A DNA stretch of 64,000 nucleotides from assembly GCA_031415375.1 (NCBI GenBank), contig JANORP010000206.1:8166-72165 (forward strand). Reading direction: 5' to 3'. Below the pieces are notes generated by a model that had not been told where the DNA came from, searched no databases, and saw nothing but the letters and a program-made list of their open reading frames with translations. Positions 1 through 8,474 of this stretch are shown in pieces. Source of the DNA: Bacteroidota bacterium. GTDB taxonomy: Bacteria; Bacteroidota; Bacteroidia; J057; JADKCL01. Made by a program: the position numbers and the translations under genes. Position 1 is the stretch's first letter. Each line of letters starts with the position of its first letter.

Positions 1-524
1 GCGGCAATTTTCATGGGCAGCCACTCGCAATCGCGCTCGACCTGATGGCGATTGCCTTGGCCGAGCTGGGCGCCATCTCAGAAAGACGTGTCTATCTATT
101 GCAAGCGGGCAAGCGCGGCCTTCCACCCTTTTTGTCGGTCAATCCTGGGCTGGAATCGGGGCTCATGATCGCACAGTACACAGCTGCCTCCATCGCCAGT
201 CAAAACAAGCAATACTGCTCACCTGCCGTCGTGGACAGTATCCCGAGCTCCAACGGCCAGGAAGACCATGTGAGCATGGGGGCCAATGCCGCTGTGAAAT
301 GCCTACACGTCCTGGAGAACATCACGACGCTCTTGGGCATCGAGTTGCTGCATGCCTCACAGGCGATGTGGTTTCGGCAGCCTGCCAAAACCAGTCCATT
401 GTTGGAAAATGTACTGGAAAAATTCCGTTCAGAGGTGCCTCTATTGACCAAAGACCGCATCCTGCAGCCCGATATCGCAGCTGCCCGCGCCTTCATAGCC
501 AGCTGGATTCCCGTTCAATCCTAA
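1..524 (+). CDS. hutH: histidine ammonia-lyase, C-terminal part (5' end lies outside the window)
   Basis: The ORF is open to the window edge in frame 3. The translation ..GNFHGQPLAIALDLMAIALAELGAISERR...SSNGQEDHVSMGANAA.. carries the GNFHG and QEDHVSMG motifs typical of HAL/PAL-family lyases. Confidence 0.85.
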   Translation, partial: GNFHGQPLAIALDLMAIALAELGAISERRVYLLQAGKRGLPPFLSVNPGLESGLMIAQYTAASIASQNKQYCSPAVVDSIPSSNGQEDHVSMGANAAVKCLHVLENITTLLGIELLHASQAMWFRQPAKTSPLLENVLEKFRSEVPLLTKDRILQPDIAAARAFIASWIPVQS

Positions 525-617
525 GACACACCCATTCAGTCGCAAAAATCTACCATTCGTGTAGAACTATGTCTATTTCCTGAATTTGTGCTGCATCTTT
601 GAACTACAAGAGCAAGG

Positions 618-662
618 ATTAGGGGACTCCCACATGTGGTTGAGGCCCCTAATTTATTTTTT
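618..662 (+). terminator. candidate intrinsic terminator after hutH
   Basis: Arms ATTAGGGG (618-625) and CCCCTAAT (646-653) form an 8-bp stem, followed by TTATTTTTT (654-662). The 20-nt loop is long, which weakens the call. Confidence 0.4.
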
Positions 663-800
663 GACCAATATTCTCTGAATTTGCTGAATCACGCTTTGTC
701 ATTGAATTTTGGATTCTATGATTGGGATTCTCCTGCTTTTACCCTCAATCTACAGCATCATAGTTTGTGATGCATGCTGAAACGGCTTTCAGCGCCCGAC

Positions 801-1247
801 TTACAAACGCCTTATTGCAACTGAAAAAGCATCGTCGAGTTTCTGGTTGTTTAGACTGCAGCTCCCGATTTGAAGTTCTGTTTCATAAATATTGGTCTTC
901 CCCAATTGCCCGCGTATCCAGTTTTTCTGGGGACCGTGGATGTTGCTGGAATAATTGAGCAACCAATAGATGCCACCCACTAGATCTGTGAAGGTGCCAA
1001 ACGAAAGGAAATAATAGCGGCCTTGAAAAAAGGCAACGTCCAGGTTGTTGTTGCCATCCTGGATCTCCAATTCTTGGGGAAGGGCCGTAGATGGAACGAT
1101 TGGGTTCCATCGTGTTGTTGTAATCGTTTGGCAAACTGCCAGCGGTGAGCGATCACAGCATACATCAAGGTCACCAACAACAATCTCAACGTAGGGCGCA
1201 TCCTCCAAATTAGTCCAAAATGGCCTTTGGTCAAGATTTAATTTCAT
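801..1247 (-). CDS. hypothetical protein
   Basis: A 148-aa ORF in a visibly AT-richer stretch (about 560-1320). It has no recognisable motif and no signal peptide. The overlapping alternative ORFs look less protein-like. Confidence 0.35.
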   Translation of the reverse strand: MKLNLDQRPFWTNLEDAPYVEIVVGDLDVCCDRSPLAVCQTITTTRWNPIVPSTALPQELEIQDGNNNLDVAFFQGRYYFLSFGTFTDLVGGIYWLLNYSSNIHGPQKNWIRGQLGKTNIYETELQIGSCSLNNQKLDDAFSVAIRRL

Positions 1248-1320
1248 TTTTCAGCTGTGCACCTTGCAAGAAATTGGGGATAAAATTTCAGTTTTGAACC
1301 CACGATAGTTAGGAACATCT

Positions 1321-2400
1321 ATGAAGAGAATCTATTCCATTTGGCTGTGCATGTTGTGGGCGAATATCGCCTTGGCGCAAGCTGACAGCATCGCCCGACC
1401 GCTGGTCTTCAGTGGATACGTGGAGGCTTATTATGGCTTTGATCAAGGCAATCCTAGTGACCATCTGAGGCCGACCTTCATGTATTCGCACAATCGGCAC
1501 AATGAATTTAACCTCAACCTAGGCATGGCGAAGGTTGCCTATTCCCGTGAGAAGGTGCGTGCCAATCTAGCGCTCATGGCAGGCACCTACCCCAATGCCA
1601 ACTTGACCGCCGAGTTGCCGGCCCTTCGATATGTCTATGAAGCCAATGCGGGCTTCAAACTGAGCAAAACCCGCAATCTTTGGGTCGATGCTGGCATCTT
1701 CACCTCCCACATCGGATTCGAAAGCGCGATTGGAAAGGATTGCTGGAACCTCACCCGGAGCATGTTGGCAGACAATTCCCCCTATTATGAAACCGGAGCC
1801 AAGGTTTCTTACACCACTCACAATGGGAAATGGTTCCTGAGCGGGCTCTTGCTCAATGGTTGGCAGCGCATGGCACGCGCCGATGGCAACAATACGCCTG
1901 CATTCGGCCACCAAGTCACCTGGAAGCCGAATGCGAAGGTGACCCTCAACAGCAGCTCATTTGTGGGGAATGACAAGCCCGATAGTTTACGGCAAATGCG
2001 CTATTTCCATAATCTATATGGCACCTTCCAATTGACGCCTCGCTTGGGAGCCATCTTGGGCTTCGATCTCGGTGCCGAGCAAAGGAGCAAATCCAGCACC
2101 AATTACAATATCTGGTACAGCCCCGTCGTGATCTTACGGGAAACGTTGAGTGATCGGCTCACGCTTGCCGCGCGTGGCGAATACTATACCGATGCCCAGG
2201 GCGTGATCGTCAACACTGCATCGCCCAATGGATTCCAAACAATTGGGTATTCTTTGAATGCCGACGTCTCCATATTGGAAAACCTGATTTGGCGCATCGA
2301 GGCACGCGGATTTAGCAGCCGTGACAAGATCTTTGTGTCGGGAGGCCGGCCCTCCAACACCCATTACAACTGCACGACATCGATTGCGGTTTCCTTTTGA
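1321..2400 (+). CDS. outer-membrane beta-barrel porin-like protein (DUF1597/BBP2-like)
   Basis: It has a signal peptide (MKRIYSIWLCMLWANIALAQA), an alternating beta-strand-like pattern and an aromatic C-terminal residue (..SIAVSF). The N-terminal FSGYVEAYYGFDQ block resembles this porin family from memory. Confidence 0.6.
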   Translation: MKRIYSIWLCMLWANIALAQADSIARPLVFSGYVEAYYGFDQGNPSDHLRPTFMYSHNRHNEFNLNLGMAKVAYSREKVRANLALMAGTYPNANLTAELPALRYVYEANAGFKLSKTRNLWVDAGIFTSHIGFESAIGKDCWNLTRSMLADNSPYYETGAKVSYTTHNGKWFLSGLLLNGWQRMARADGNNTPAFGHQVTWKPNAKVTLNSSSFVGNDKPDSLRQMRYFHNLYGTFQLTPRLGAILGFDLGAEQRSKSSTNYNIWYSPVVILRETLSDRLTLAARGEYYTDAQGVIVNTASPNGFQTIGYSLNADVSILENLIWRIEARGFSSRDKIFVSGGRPSNTHYNCTTSIAVSF

Positions 2401-2515
2401 TGGATGCATGCATCCCACGGAGGAAACAGATCAACCCATGGTTGAAGGAATCGTCTCTGCCCCTTCTTGGCTTGCTTAGGAATGCGGTGAAGGTGTCAAG
2501 ACTGCAGCAACGATG

Positions 2516-2986
2516 TCATTTGATTTCCCCACCCTCGGTCCCACCTTGCTCGGCAGCACCCTCAGGAGCAGTCACGACAAATCTCAAGGTCACACGCTCC
2601 ACGGGTGGATTGCCATTGTAGAGCACCGTGAAATATTTCACTTGCTCGCCTTCCTTGTCGGCTGTATCGATTTCAGCGCTCACATCTCCTGTGCCGTCAG
2701 GCTTGACCGTAGCTTCAGTCCATTTGAGGACCGAGCATTTGCAAGACGGCTTCACAGTGTCGATGATCAAGTCAGCATCCCCGACATTTTTGAATTTGAA
2801 GACTGCTTTCACGATCTCCCCTGCCTTGAATGTGCCGAGATCGTATTCAGATTGTTCAAATTGAATGATCGTGGGGTCGGCAGGATCATCTCCACCTCCT
2901 GAATTCAAGACGCCTTGTGCAGTGGCAAGGCCTGCGCCAAACAACAAAATCGCAACAATGAGCAAGGAGCGTAATGTCTTTTCCAT
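2516..2986 (-). CDS. DUF1573 domain-containing secreted protein
   Basis: It has a signal peptide. DLGTFKAGEIVKAVFKFKNVGDADLIIDTVKPSCKCSV matches the DUF1573 core. Confidence 0.8.
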   Translation of the reverse strand: MEKTLRSLLIVAILLFGAGLATAQGVLNSGGGDDPADPTIIQFEQSEYDLGTFKAGEIVKAVFKFKNVGDADLIIDTVKPSCKCSVLKWTEATVKPDGTGDVSAEIDTADKEGEQVKYFTVLYNGNPPVERVTLRFVVTAPEGAAEQGGTEGGEIK

Positions 2987-3054
2987 GATTTAAAATTACG
3001 ACGGTTACACTTCAAAAAACATGCCAGTTCAATAAATTTTGAACCTCAACTCCA

Positions 3055-4494
3055 TCAACGACGCTGATAAAGGCGCAAGTAAAATGCACCAAAGGCATCT
3101 TCCTTCCGCAAAATCCAATGCCCCGACGACTCAAAATCTTGGTGCTGTGCATCGGTATATCCATTGTTGAATCGGCTGACCAAAACCCAATCACAGTCAG
3201 TCTCTTCCAAAAAATTACGGTGCTGCGTGGCAGGATTCGTGGGAATCACATAGGTGTAATAAGGATTTTGTAATAGGGGGAAGTCTGCACATACATCTTC
3301 GGGACGGATCCCTTGATCAGCGAGGTAGCTGTCCATGTCGCGCTCCAATCCAAAAATCGGCACATGGGCCAGCGAGCCATCCCAACCTTGCGCGACACCC
3401 TGCGGATAATTCCAACAGTGCCCGGTCACCAATCCCAGCATGACAGCCGCCAAGGCTATTTTTCCCTTGCGTTGCCAGCCGCCCAACTCCACCAACCCGA
3501 CGACCAGCATCACGAGCAGCAGATAGGCCACGAGAAAGTAACGATGCCCCGGAGGATTGGAAAACGGTGCGAACAAAAAAGCCAACCAAAGCAATGGCGC
3601 AAGCGTCGCGATGAGCATCGCACGCGTGGGCATAGCCATCCAAGTCTTTTTCAGTCCCAGCACACACACACCCAGGAATGCCATGCCCCACAAAAAAACG
3701 CGTCCAAAGTCCATGGTCCGCCACACAATCAAGGCCACATTGCGGGCCAAGCCTGCCAATCCCAGCAGCTGACGTTGCGTCCCATAGGTCTCAGGCGGGG
3801 GACTGAACAGCCAGCCAACGGCACGCTGATGCATCCATAGCCAAATCACCGTGAGTCCAGCAACGGGCAGGTAAGCGAGCATCCTTTGCAGGTTTGGCCG
3901 ACGCACACCTGCACACCAAGCCCAGACCACCTCTGTCACAAAAAGAGCTGGCACCATCAAAATGCCCCTGAAACTCATGCTTGCCATGAAGATCATCGCA
4001 AGTGACGCCCACAACCGACGTCGATCAAGCAGGCAGTTGAGCGCCAGCAGGTAAAAGGCAACCAAGGCGATGTCGGGTGTGACCATGCTGCTTTGTGCAA
4101 GAAAAGTCGGCTCACAAAAGAGCATCACTGTCGCCCAAATACAAGCCTTGGGGCTGAGCCATCGGCTTGCCATGCGCTGGAATTGGACAAGCAAGGTCAC
4201 CAAAAACGGCAGCATCGCGACGTGAGCGATCGCCAAGCTGCGGCCAAACACCTGCCACACCACGGCCAAATACATGCTGAAAAACGGAGGATGCCCAGCA
4301 TCCAATTCCTCAGGCACGGTCACTTGCCGAAACCCCGTCTCCAAATACCAATGCGCGATCTTGGAATTGAGCACAGTGTCCCAAAAGAAAGGAAATCGCC
4401 AAGAAATCACATTCCACACCAGCAGCAACCCACCCGATACCAGCAGCAATCGCCAGTCGGTCTTAGGACGCAAAGATGCCGAGGGTATGGACAT
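3055..4494 (-). CDS. GT-C fold membrane glycosyltransferase (ArnT/PMT, GT39/GT83-like)
   Basis: A 479-aa protein with many hydrophobic helices over the first ~350 aa and a soluble C-terminal domain. The start codon lies 3 nt downstream of the SDR gene stop, indicating the same operon. Confidence 0.7.
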   Translation of the reverse strand: MSIPSASLRPKTDWRLLLVSGGLLLVWNVISWRFPFFWDTVLNSKIAHWYLETGFRQVTVPEELDAGHPPFFSMYLAVVWQVFGRSLAIAHVAMLPFLVTLLVQFQRMASRWLSPKACIWATVMLFCEPTFLAQSSMVTPDIALVAFYLLALNCLLDRRRLWASLAMIFMASMSFRGILMVPALFVTEVVWAWCAGVRRPNLQRMLAYLPVAGLTVIWLWMHQRAVGWLFSPPPETYGTQRQLLGLAGLARNVALIVWRTMDFGRVFLWGMAFLGVCVLGLKKTWMAMPTRAMLIATLAPLLWLAFLFAPFSNPPGHRYFLVAYLLLVMLVVGLVELGGWQRKGKIALAAVMLGLVTGHCWNYPQGVAQGWDGSLAHVPIFGLERDMDSYLADQGIRPEDVCADFPLLQNPYYTYVIPTNPATQHRNFLEETDCDWVLVSRFNNGYTDAQHQDFESSGHWILRKEDAFGAFYLRLYQRR

Positions 4495-4497
4495 GGT

Positions 4498-5235
4498 TTA
4501 GAGCTTCATTTTCTTGAATTTCCACTCAGGAATGCTACGGATGATCGCCATGATCCACCGCCACATCCACTTGGTATAGAGCACGTTTTTCTTTTTGCCC
4601 CAAGCCTTAAAGATGTCTTGTGCCACCTGCTCAGGCTGAGCCGTGAGCGGCGCAGGCAAAGGCAAGCCCTCGGTCATCTTGGTATTCACAAACCCAGGCT
4701 TCACGGTCAATACATGCAAACCCGCCAATGCCATGCGATTGCGCAATCCAGACAAGAAGGCCGTGAAACCTGCCTTGGCGCTACCATAGAAGTAGTTGCT
4801 TGCGCGGCCACGCTCGCCAGCCACCGAGGAAATACCAATGATGCTACCTGATTTGCGGGTTTCCATATCGTTGGCGGTGATGCTCAATATGTTGGCGCAG
4901 CCGATATAGTTGGTGGCCATCACTTGGCGGGCGAGGGCGGGCTCGGCCTCACAAGCCTTTTGATCAGGCATGAAGCCGAGGACGCAGATCACGACCTCGG
5001 GTTTCGGATCCAAGCTTGCGTAGAAGGCTTCATGGGTCTCATAGGCCATGGCGTCAAACTCGACTGCCTTGGCGCTTACATTGTGCCTTATCGCGATGTC
5101 TTTGGCATCGGGTTCTATCTCTGTGCTTGCCTTGCGGCCAGCGAGGTAGAGGTCATATCCATTTTGAGCCCAGACATGGGCCAATGCTCGGGCAATGTCA
5201 CTCTTTGCCCCGAGTATCAAGCAGTTTTTGCGCAT
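4498..5235 (-). CDS. SDR family oxidoreductase, DprE2-like
   Basis: A 245-aa protein with an N-terminal Rossmann segment CLILGAKSDIARALA and the catalytic YGSAK (YxxxK). Its size and its context next to a DprE1-like flavoenzyme fit DprE2-type reductases. Confidence 0.75.
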   Translation of the reverse strand: MRKNCLILGAKSDIARALAHVWAQNGYDLYLAGRKASTEIEPDAKDIAIRHNVSAKAVEFDAMAYETHEAFYASLDPKPEVVICVLGFMPDQKACEAEPALARQVMATNYIGCANILSITANDMETRKSGSIIGISSVAGERGRASNYFYGSAKAGFTAFLSGLRNRMALAGLHVLTVKPGFVNTKMTEGLPLPAPLTAQPEQVAQDIFKAWGKKKNVLYTKWMWRWIMAIIRSIPEWKFKKMKL

Positions 5236-5336
5236 GGCGGCAATTTAGGAATTTGAACGCAGCGAAAAGCGGTGAATATTTTGGGAGTATGCAAAGCTTC
5301 AAAAACCTTGCTAGATGGACGCTCAAGTTTCATTCG

Positions 5337-5885
5337 CTAAAATCGCCGACCGACCTTGGGAGCTTCCATGGCATAGGGCAACATGCGCCATCGCAAGACA
5401 TAGTCCAAGGTCGCTTCATCGGCGCCGCCCTCCTTTGCGATCTCGACAGGATCCAGGATGCCGTCGAGGCCAGCGCATTGCCAAGCGGTGTCGCGTGCCA
5501 GTTTTTGCAAGGCATGCAGACCCAAGCCTTGGATCTCCATGATGACACTGTGCATGCAGGCACGCTCAAGACTTGTAAACTTGGCCGTCAAATCATCGAA
5601 ACGATGCTTCATTGCCATTGCTTTGAGCGCCTCATCCAAGTCGCATGAACCAAATAGAGTGCCCCACAGATGGGCCTTCTGGTAAAACTCTGCATAAAAC
5701 CGAAGTGGCACAGGGCAATTGCGCATCGCGACAAAAGTGTCTCCCAAGATCAAGACCCCTTTGAGTGCAAGATGCTTGCGCTCAATCATATATATGATAG
5801 GCCAAATATAGGGGATCGCTGGTGCATCCAATTGTTGCACGATCCAAATCAATAGATTACTTGCCTTAAAAGCATTGTATTGCAT
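5337..5885 (-). CDS. hypothetical protein (soluble, no motif recognised)
   Basis: A 182-aa ORF co-directional with, and lying between, the FAD oxidase and SDR genes. The overlapping plus-strand ORF 5016-5648 is Arg/His-rich and looks non-coding. Confidence 0.4.
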   Translation of the reverse strand: MQYNAFKASNLLIWIVQQLDAPAIPYIWPIIYMIERKHLALKGVLILGDTFVAMRNCPVPLRFYAEFYQKAHLWGTLFGSCDLDEALKAMAMKHRFDDLTAKFTSLERACMHSVIMEIQGLGLHALQKLARDTAWQCAGLDGILDPVEIAKEGGADEATLDYVLRWRMLPYAMEAPKVGRRF

Positions 5886-5984
5886 AACCGCCTCCGCATT
5901 CTTTCTGCCTCAAATCCCTTGGGCTTATGCTACAAAGTTACGGACAATTCCAATAAATGCAATCTTTTTACTAAAAATATCCAC

Positions 5985-7313
5985 TTAAATTCCCAATCTT
6001 TTGGACTGCATGCTCTGCATGACTTTGCCGCCATCGAGTTGTTGCTTGATTTTCAGGAACTCCGCCAATCTAGGATAGCCTTTTTGCAACATCTCAGGTT
6101 TCATGCGGCTGTCTTTGGTGAGGTAGATGCGGCCACCGCAATCGCTCACAATATCATCGAGACGGTCCAAAAAGGGAAATAATCGGTCTGTGATCGGGAA
6201 GTCGAGGGCGAGCATGTAGCCTTCCAACGGAAATGAAAGCGGTCCTGTCTCGCTCTTCCCAAAGTACTTGAGCACGCTCACAAAGCTCGGCATCCGTGCG
6301 GCGGCAATTTCTTCCAGTATTTTCACCATGCCGTCAAAGCTCCGTTCCGGCGGCAACGCAAATTGGTATTGCGCAAATCCTTTGCGGCCATAGACGCGGT
6401 TCCATGAATGAATCCCGTCGAGCGGATAAAAATAGGTCTCATAATCGACCACATGCTGATGCTGGCCACTTTTAGCTTTGGCATAAAACAGAGTATTGAA
6501 TGCCTTGACGGTGAGCGGATTGATTGTGAACGAAGGCAATTTGAATGGAACGCTCAATTTCAATTTTTTGGGTAATTTCAAAGGTGCTGCGCGCTGAGCA
6601 TCCTTGTTGAGTTCGCCCAATTTTGCATGTTCGCCATTGAGCAAAATCCCCTTACCCAAGTTTTTTCCCTTGGCGAGACAGTCGATCCACGCGACGCTGT
6701 AGGTAAAGTGCATCGATCCCTCAAACAATTTGTAGAGTTCATCGACGCTTTTAGTCTTGGTACTTTCCTCTACGATATAGGCAGTTTCGATCTTTTTGAG
6801 GCGAAACGTCCCTTCTAAAATGACGCCTGTGAGGCCCATGCCGCCACAGGTGGCCCAAAAAATTTCTGGATTTTCCGTACGCGAGCAGTCATACACGTGC
6901 CCGCCGGGTGCCAGCAAGCGCAGGGTGTCGAGGTGCGTGGAGAAAGAGCCCTCGCCGTGGTGATTTTTTCCATGGACATCGGCTGCAATGGCGCCGCCCA
7001 AGGTTACGAATTTGGTGCCGGGGGTGACTGGAAGAAACCATCCAGCAGGTACGATCACGTCCAAGATTTCCTTGAAGCTCAGCCCCGCTTGGCAACGCAA
7101 GATGCCCTGCTCACGGTCAAAATCCAGGAAACGATTGAATTTCAGGGTACTGAGAATGTGAGAACTCAACGACGAATCGCCATAGCACCGTCCCAAGCCC
7201 CTCGGAATGAGTTCTTTCCATTCCTGCATGAGCTGAGTCGCCTCATCAGTCGTTGCAAAGCTGCGTACCTCAGCCTCAGTGCTAGGGTACATTCCCCAAT
7301 TGCTCACTTTCAT
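5985..7313 (-). CDS. FAD-binding oxidoreductase, DprE1-like
   Basis: A 442-aa protein. PRGLGRCYGDSS and GGAIAADVHGKNHH are motifs of PCMH-type FAD_binding_4 oxidases. PRGLGRCYGDSS closely resembles the mycobacterial DprE1 segment ARGLGRSYGDNA as I remember it. Confidence 0.8.
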   Translation of the reverse strand: MKVSNWGMYPSTEAEVRSFATTDEATQLMQEWKELIPRGLGRCYGDSSLSSHILSTLKFNRFLDFDREQGILRCQAGLSFKEILDVIVPAGWFLPVTPGTKFVTLGGAIAADVHGKNHHGEGSFSTHLDTLRLLAPGGHVYDCSRTENPEIFWATCGGMGLTGVILEGTFRLKKIETAYIVEESTKTKSVDELYKLFEGSMHFTYSVAWIDCLAKGKNLGKGILLNGEHAKLGELNKDAQRAAPLKLPKKLKLSVPFKLPSFTINPLTVKAFNTLFYAKAKSGQHQHVVDYETYFYPLDGIHSWNRVYGRKGFAQYQFALPPERSFDGMVKILEEIAAARMPSFVSVLKYFGKSETGPLSFPLEGYMLALDFPITDRLFPFLDRLDDIVSDCGGRIYLTKDSRMKPEMLQKGYPRLAEFLKIKQQLDGGKVMQSMQSKRLGI

Positions 7314-7417
7314 ACTACAAGATTACGCAATGGCGAGGGAAGAATGAAAAACGAAGCATGCAGATTTCCCTCCTTGATGGATCGCCATCAGACGTTTCCC
7401 TATGTTGATGACGGCCT

Positions 7418-7924
7418 TCATTTTTCAGCGTTCTGCCGCTGGTACATGAACTTGTAATATTTGTCGTTGGTCACCTCATCGACAAACTGCGCGACGCCCT
7501 GCTTTGTAGCCATGTTTTGGTCCCATATCACCCGCATCGTAGGCTCAAACCACTGGAATCGATAGCCCATTGCATCGAGTTTCTTGCCTTCGCCATAGAC
7601 CGATTTGAGCCAAGCATACATTTTTTCACCCTGACCCTCAACGGTTTTGATCTCAATAGAATGGAGTTGGTTGTCCCATATAAAAAGGCGCACGAAGGCC
7701 AAGTCAATGTCTCCCATTTTCAGGGGTTCGTCTTGTCGGTCATAGCGCAGGAGTTTTTGAAACTTGCCCATTTTCAATACGTTGAGCTTGGGGATCGAGT
7801 CGTGGTGCATACCCAAGGTATAGCCCATGATCACAGTGCCTTTGGGCACCTGGGCGTGCAGTCGCTGCGCGGTTGAAAAGCAGAGCAAGCAAAAGAGCAG
7901 GCTGAGGATCGCGAATTTTTGCAA
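7418..7924 (-). CDS. hypothetical secreted protein
   Basis: A 168-aa protein with a clear signal peptide (MQKFAILSLLFCLLCFSTAQRLHAQ). No family was recognised. Confidence 0.55.
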   Translation of the reverse strand: MQKFAILSLLFCLLCFSTAQRLHAQVPKGTVIMGYTLGMHHDSIPKLNVLKMGKFQKLLRYDRQDEPLKMGDIDLAFVRLFIWDNQLHSIEIKTVEGQGEKMYAWLKSVYGEGKKLDAMGYRFQWFEPTMRVIWDQNMATKQGVAQFVDEVTNDKYYKFMYQRQNAEK

Positions 7925-7948
7925 TTTTTGTGCTTTAAGAATTATCCG

Positions 7949-8449
7949 ATGGGCAAAGACGCCCCGATCAAAATTACAAGAAATATGCCAGAAGCGCTGT
8001 CAGATGTGATCACCCTCCATGAGCAGACCGTTTATGCCGGCAAGACATTTGCCCTTGGGCTAATGCAGCATAGCGAGGCGCAGATCATCGAGTTTGCGAA
8101 CTATGTCGATCCACTGCCTATCCATACCGATCCAGAGGCTGCCCGCAAAAGTATTTTTGGCGGCATCATCGCATCGGGCGCCATGCTGTACATGGACGCC
8201 CACCGCACTTGGTTTGTGCCCCTCTTTGGCCCGTCGATCGTTTGCGGCCTAGGGGTGCGCAATTGGAATTTCACAAAACCGCACTATCCCGACACGGCCT
8301 ACTATGCCTATCTCACAGCCCGCGAACTCATCTTCAAACCTGAGAAGAAAACAGTGCAGGTCGAGTGGTATTATGAGTTCAAAGCCGCAGATGGCACCAT
8401 GATCCAAGACCTGGAGTTGCCAGTCTTGCACTGGTGGAAGGGCTACTAG
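7949..8449 (+). CDS. MaoC-like (hotdog fold) dehydratase domain protein
   Basis: YVDPLPIHTDPEAARKSIFGGIIASG resembles the MaoC hydratase motif (D-x-N-P-I-H-x5-A). I chose the start at the internal ATG 7949; the ORF is open from 7919. Confidence 0.6.
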   Translation: MGKDAPIKITRNMPEALSDVITLHEQTVYAGKTFALGLMQHSEAQIIEFANYVDPLPIHTDPEAARKSIFGGIIASGAMLYMDAHRTWFVPLFGPSIVCGLGVRNWNFTKPHYPDTAYYAYLTARELIFKPEKKTVQVEWYYEFKAADGTMIQDLELPVLHWWKGY

Positions 8450-8474
8450 GCCCCGCCTCGCGGGCGCTGAGCCA

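Noticed and set aside
4093-4851. A 252-aa plus-strand ORF, and ORF 5016-5648 (plus strand)
   Set aside because: Both are Arg/His/Pro-rich and overlap the co-directional minus-strand operon (GT-C, SDR, hypothetical), whose frames have recognisable motifs.
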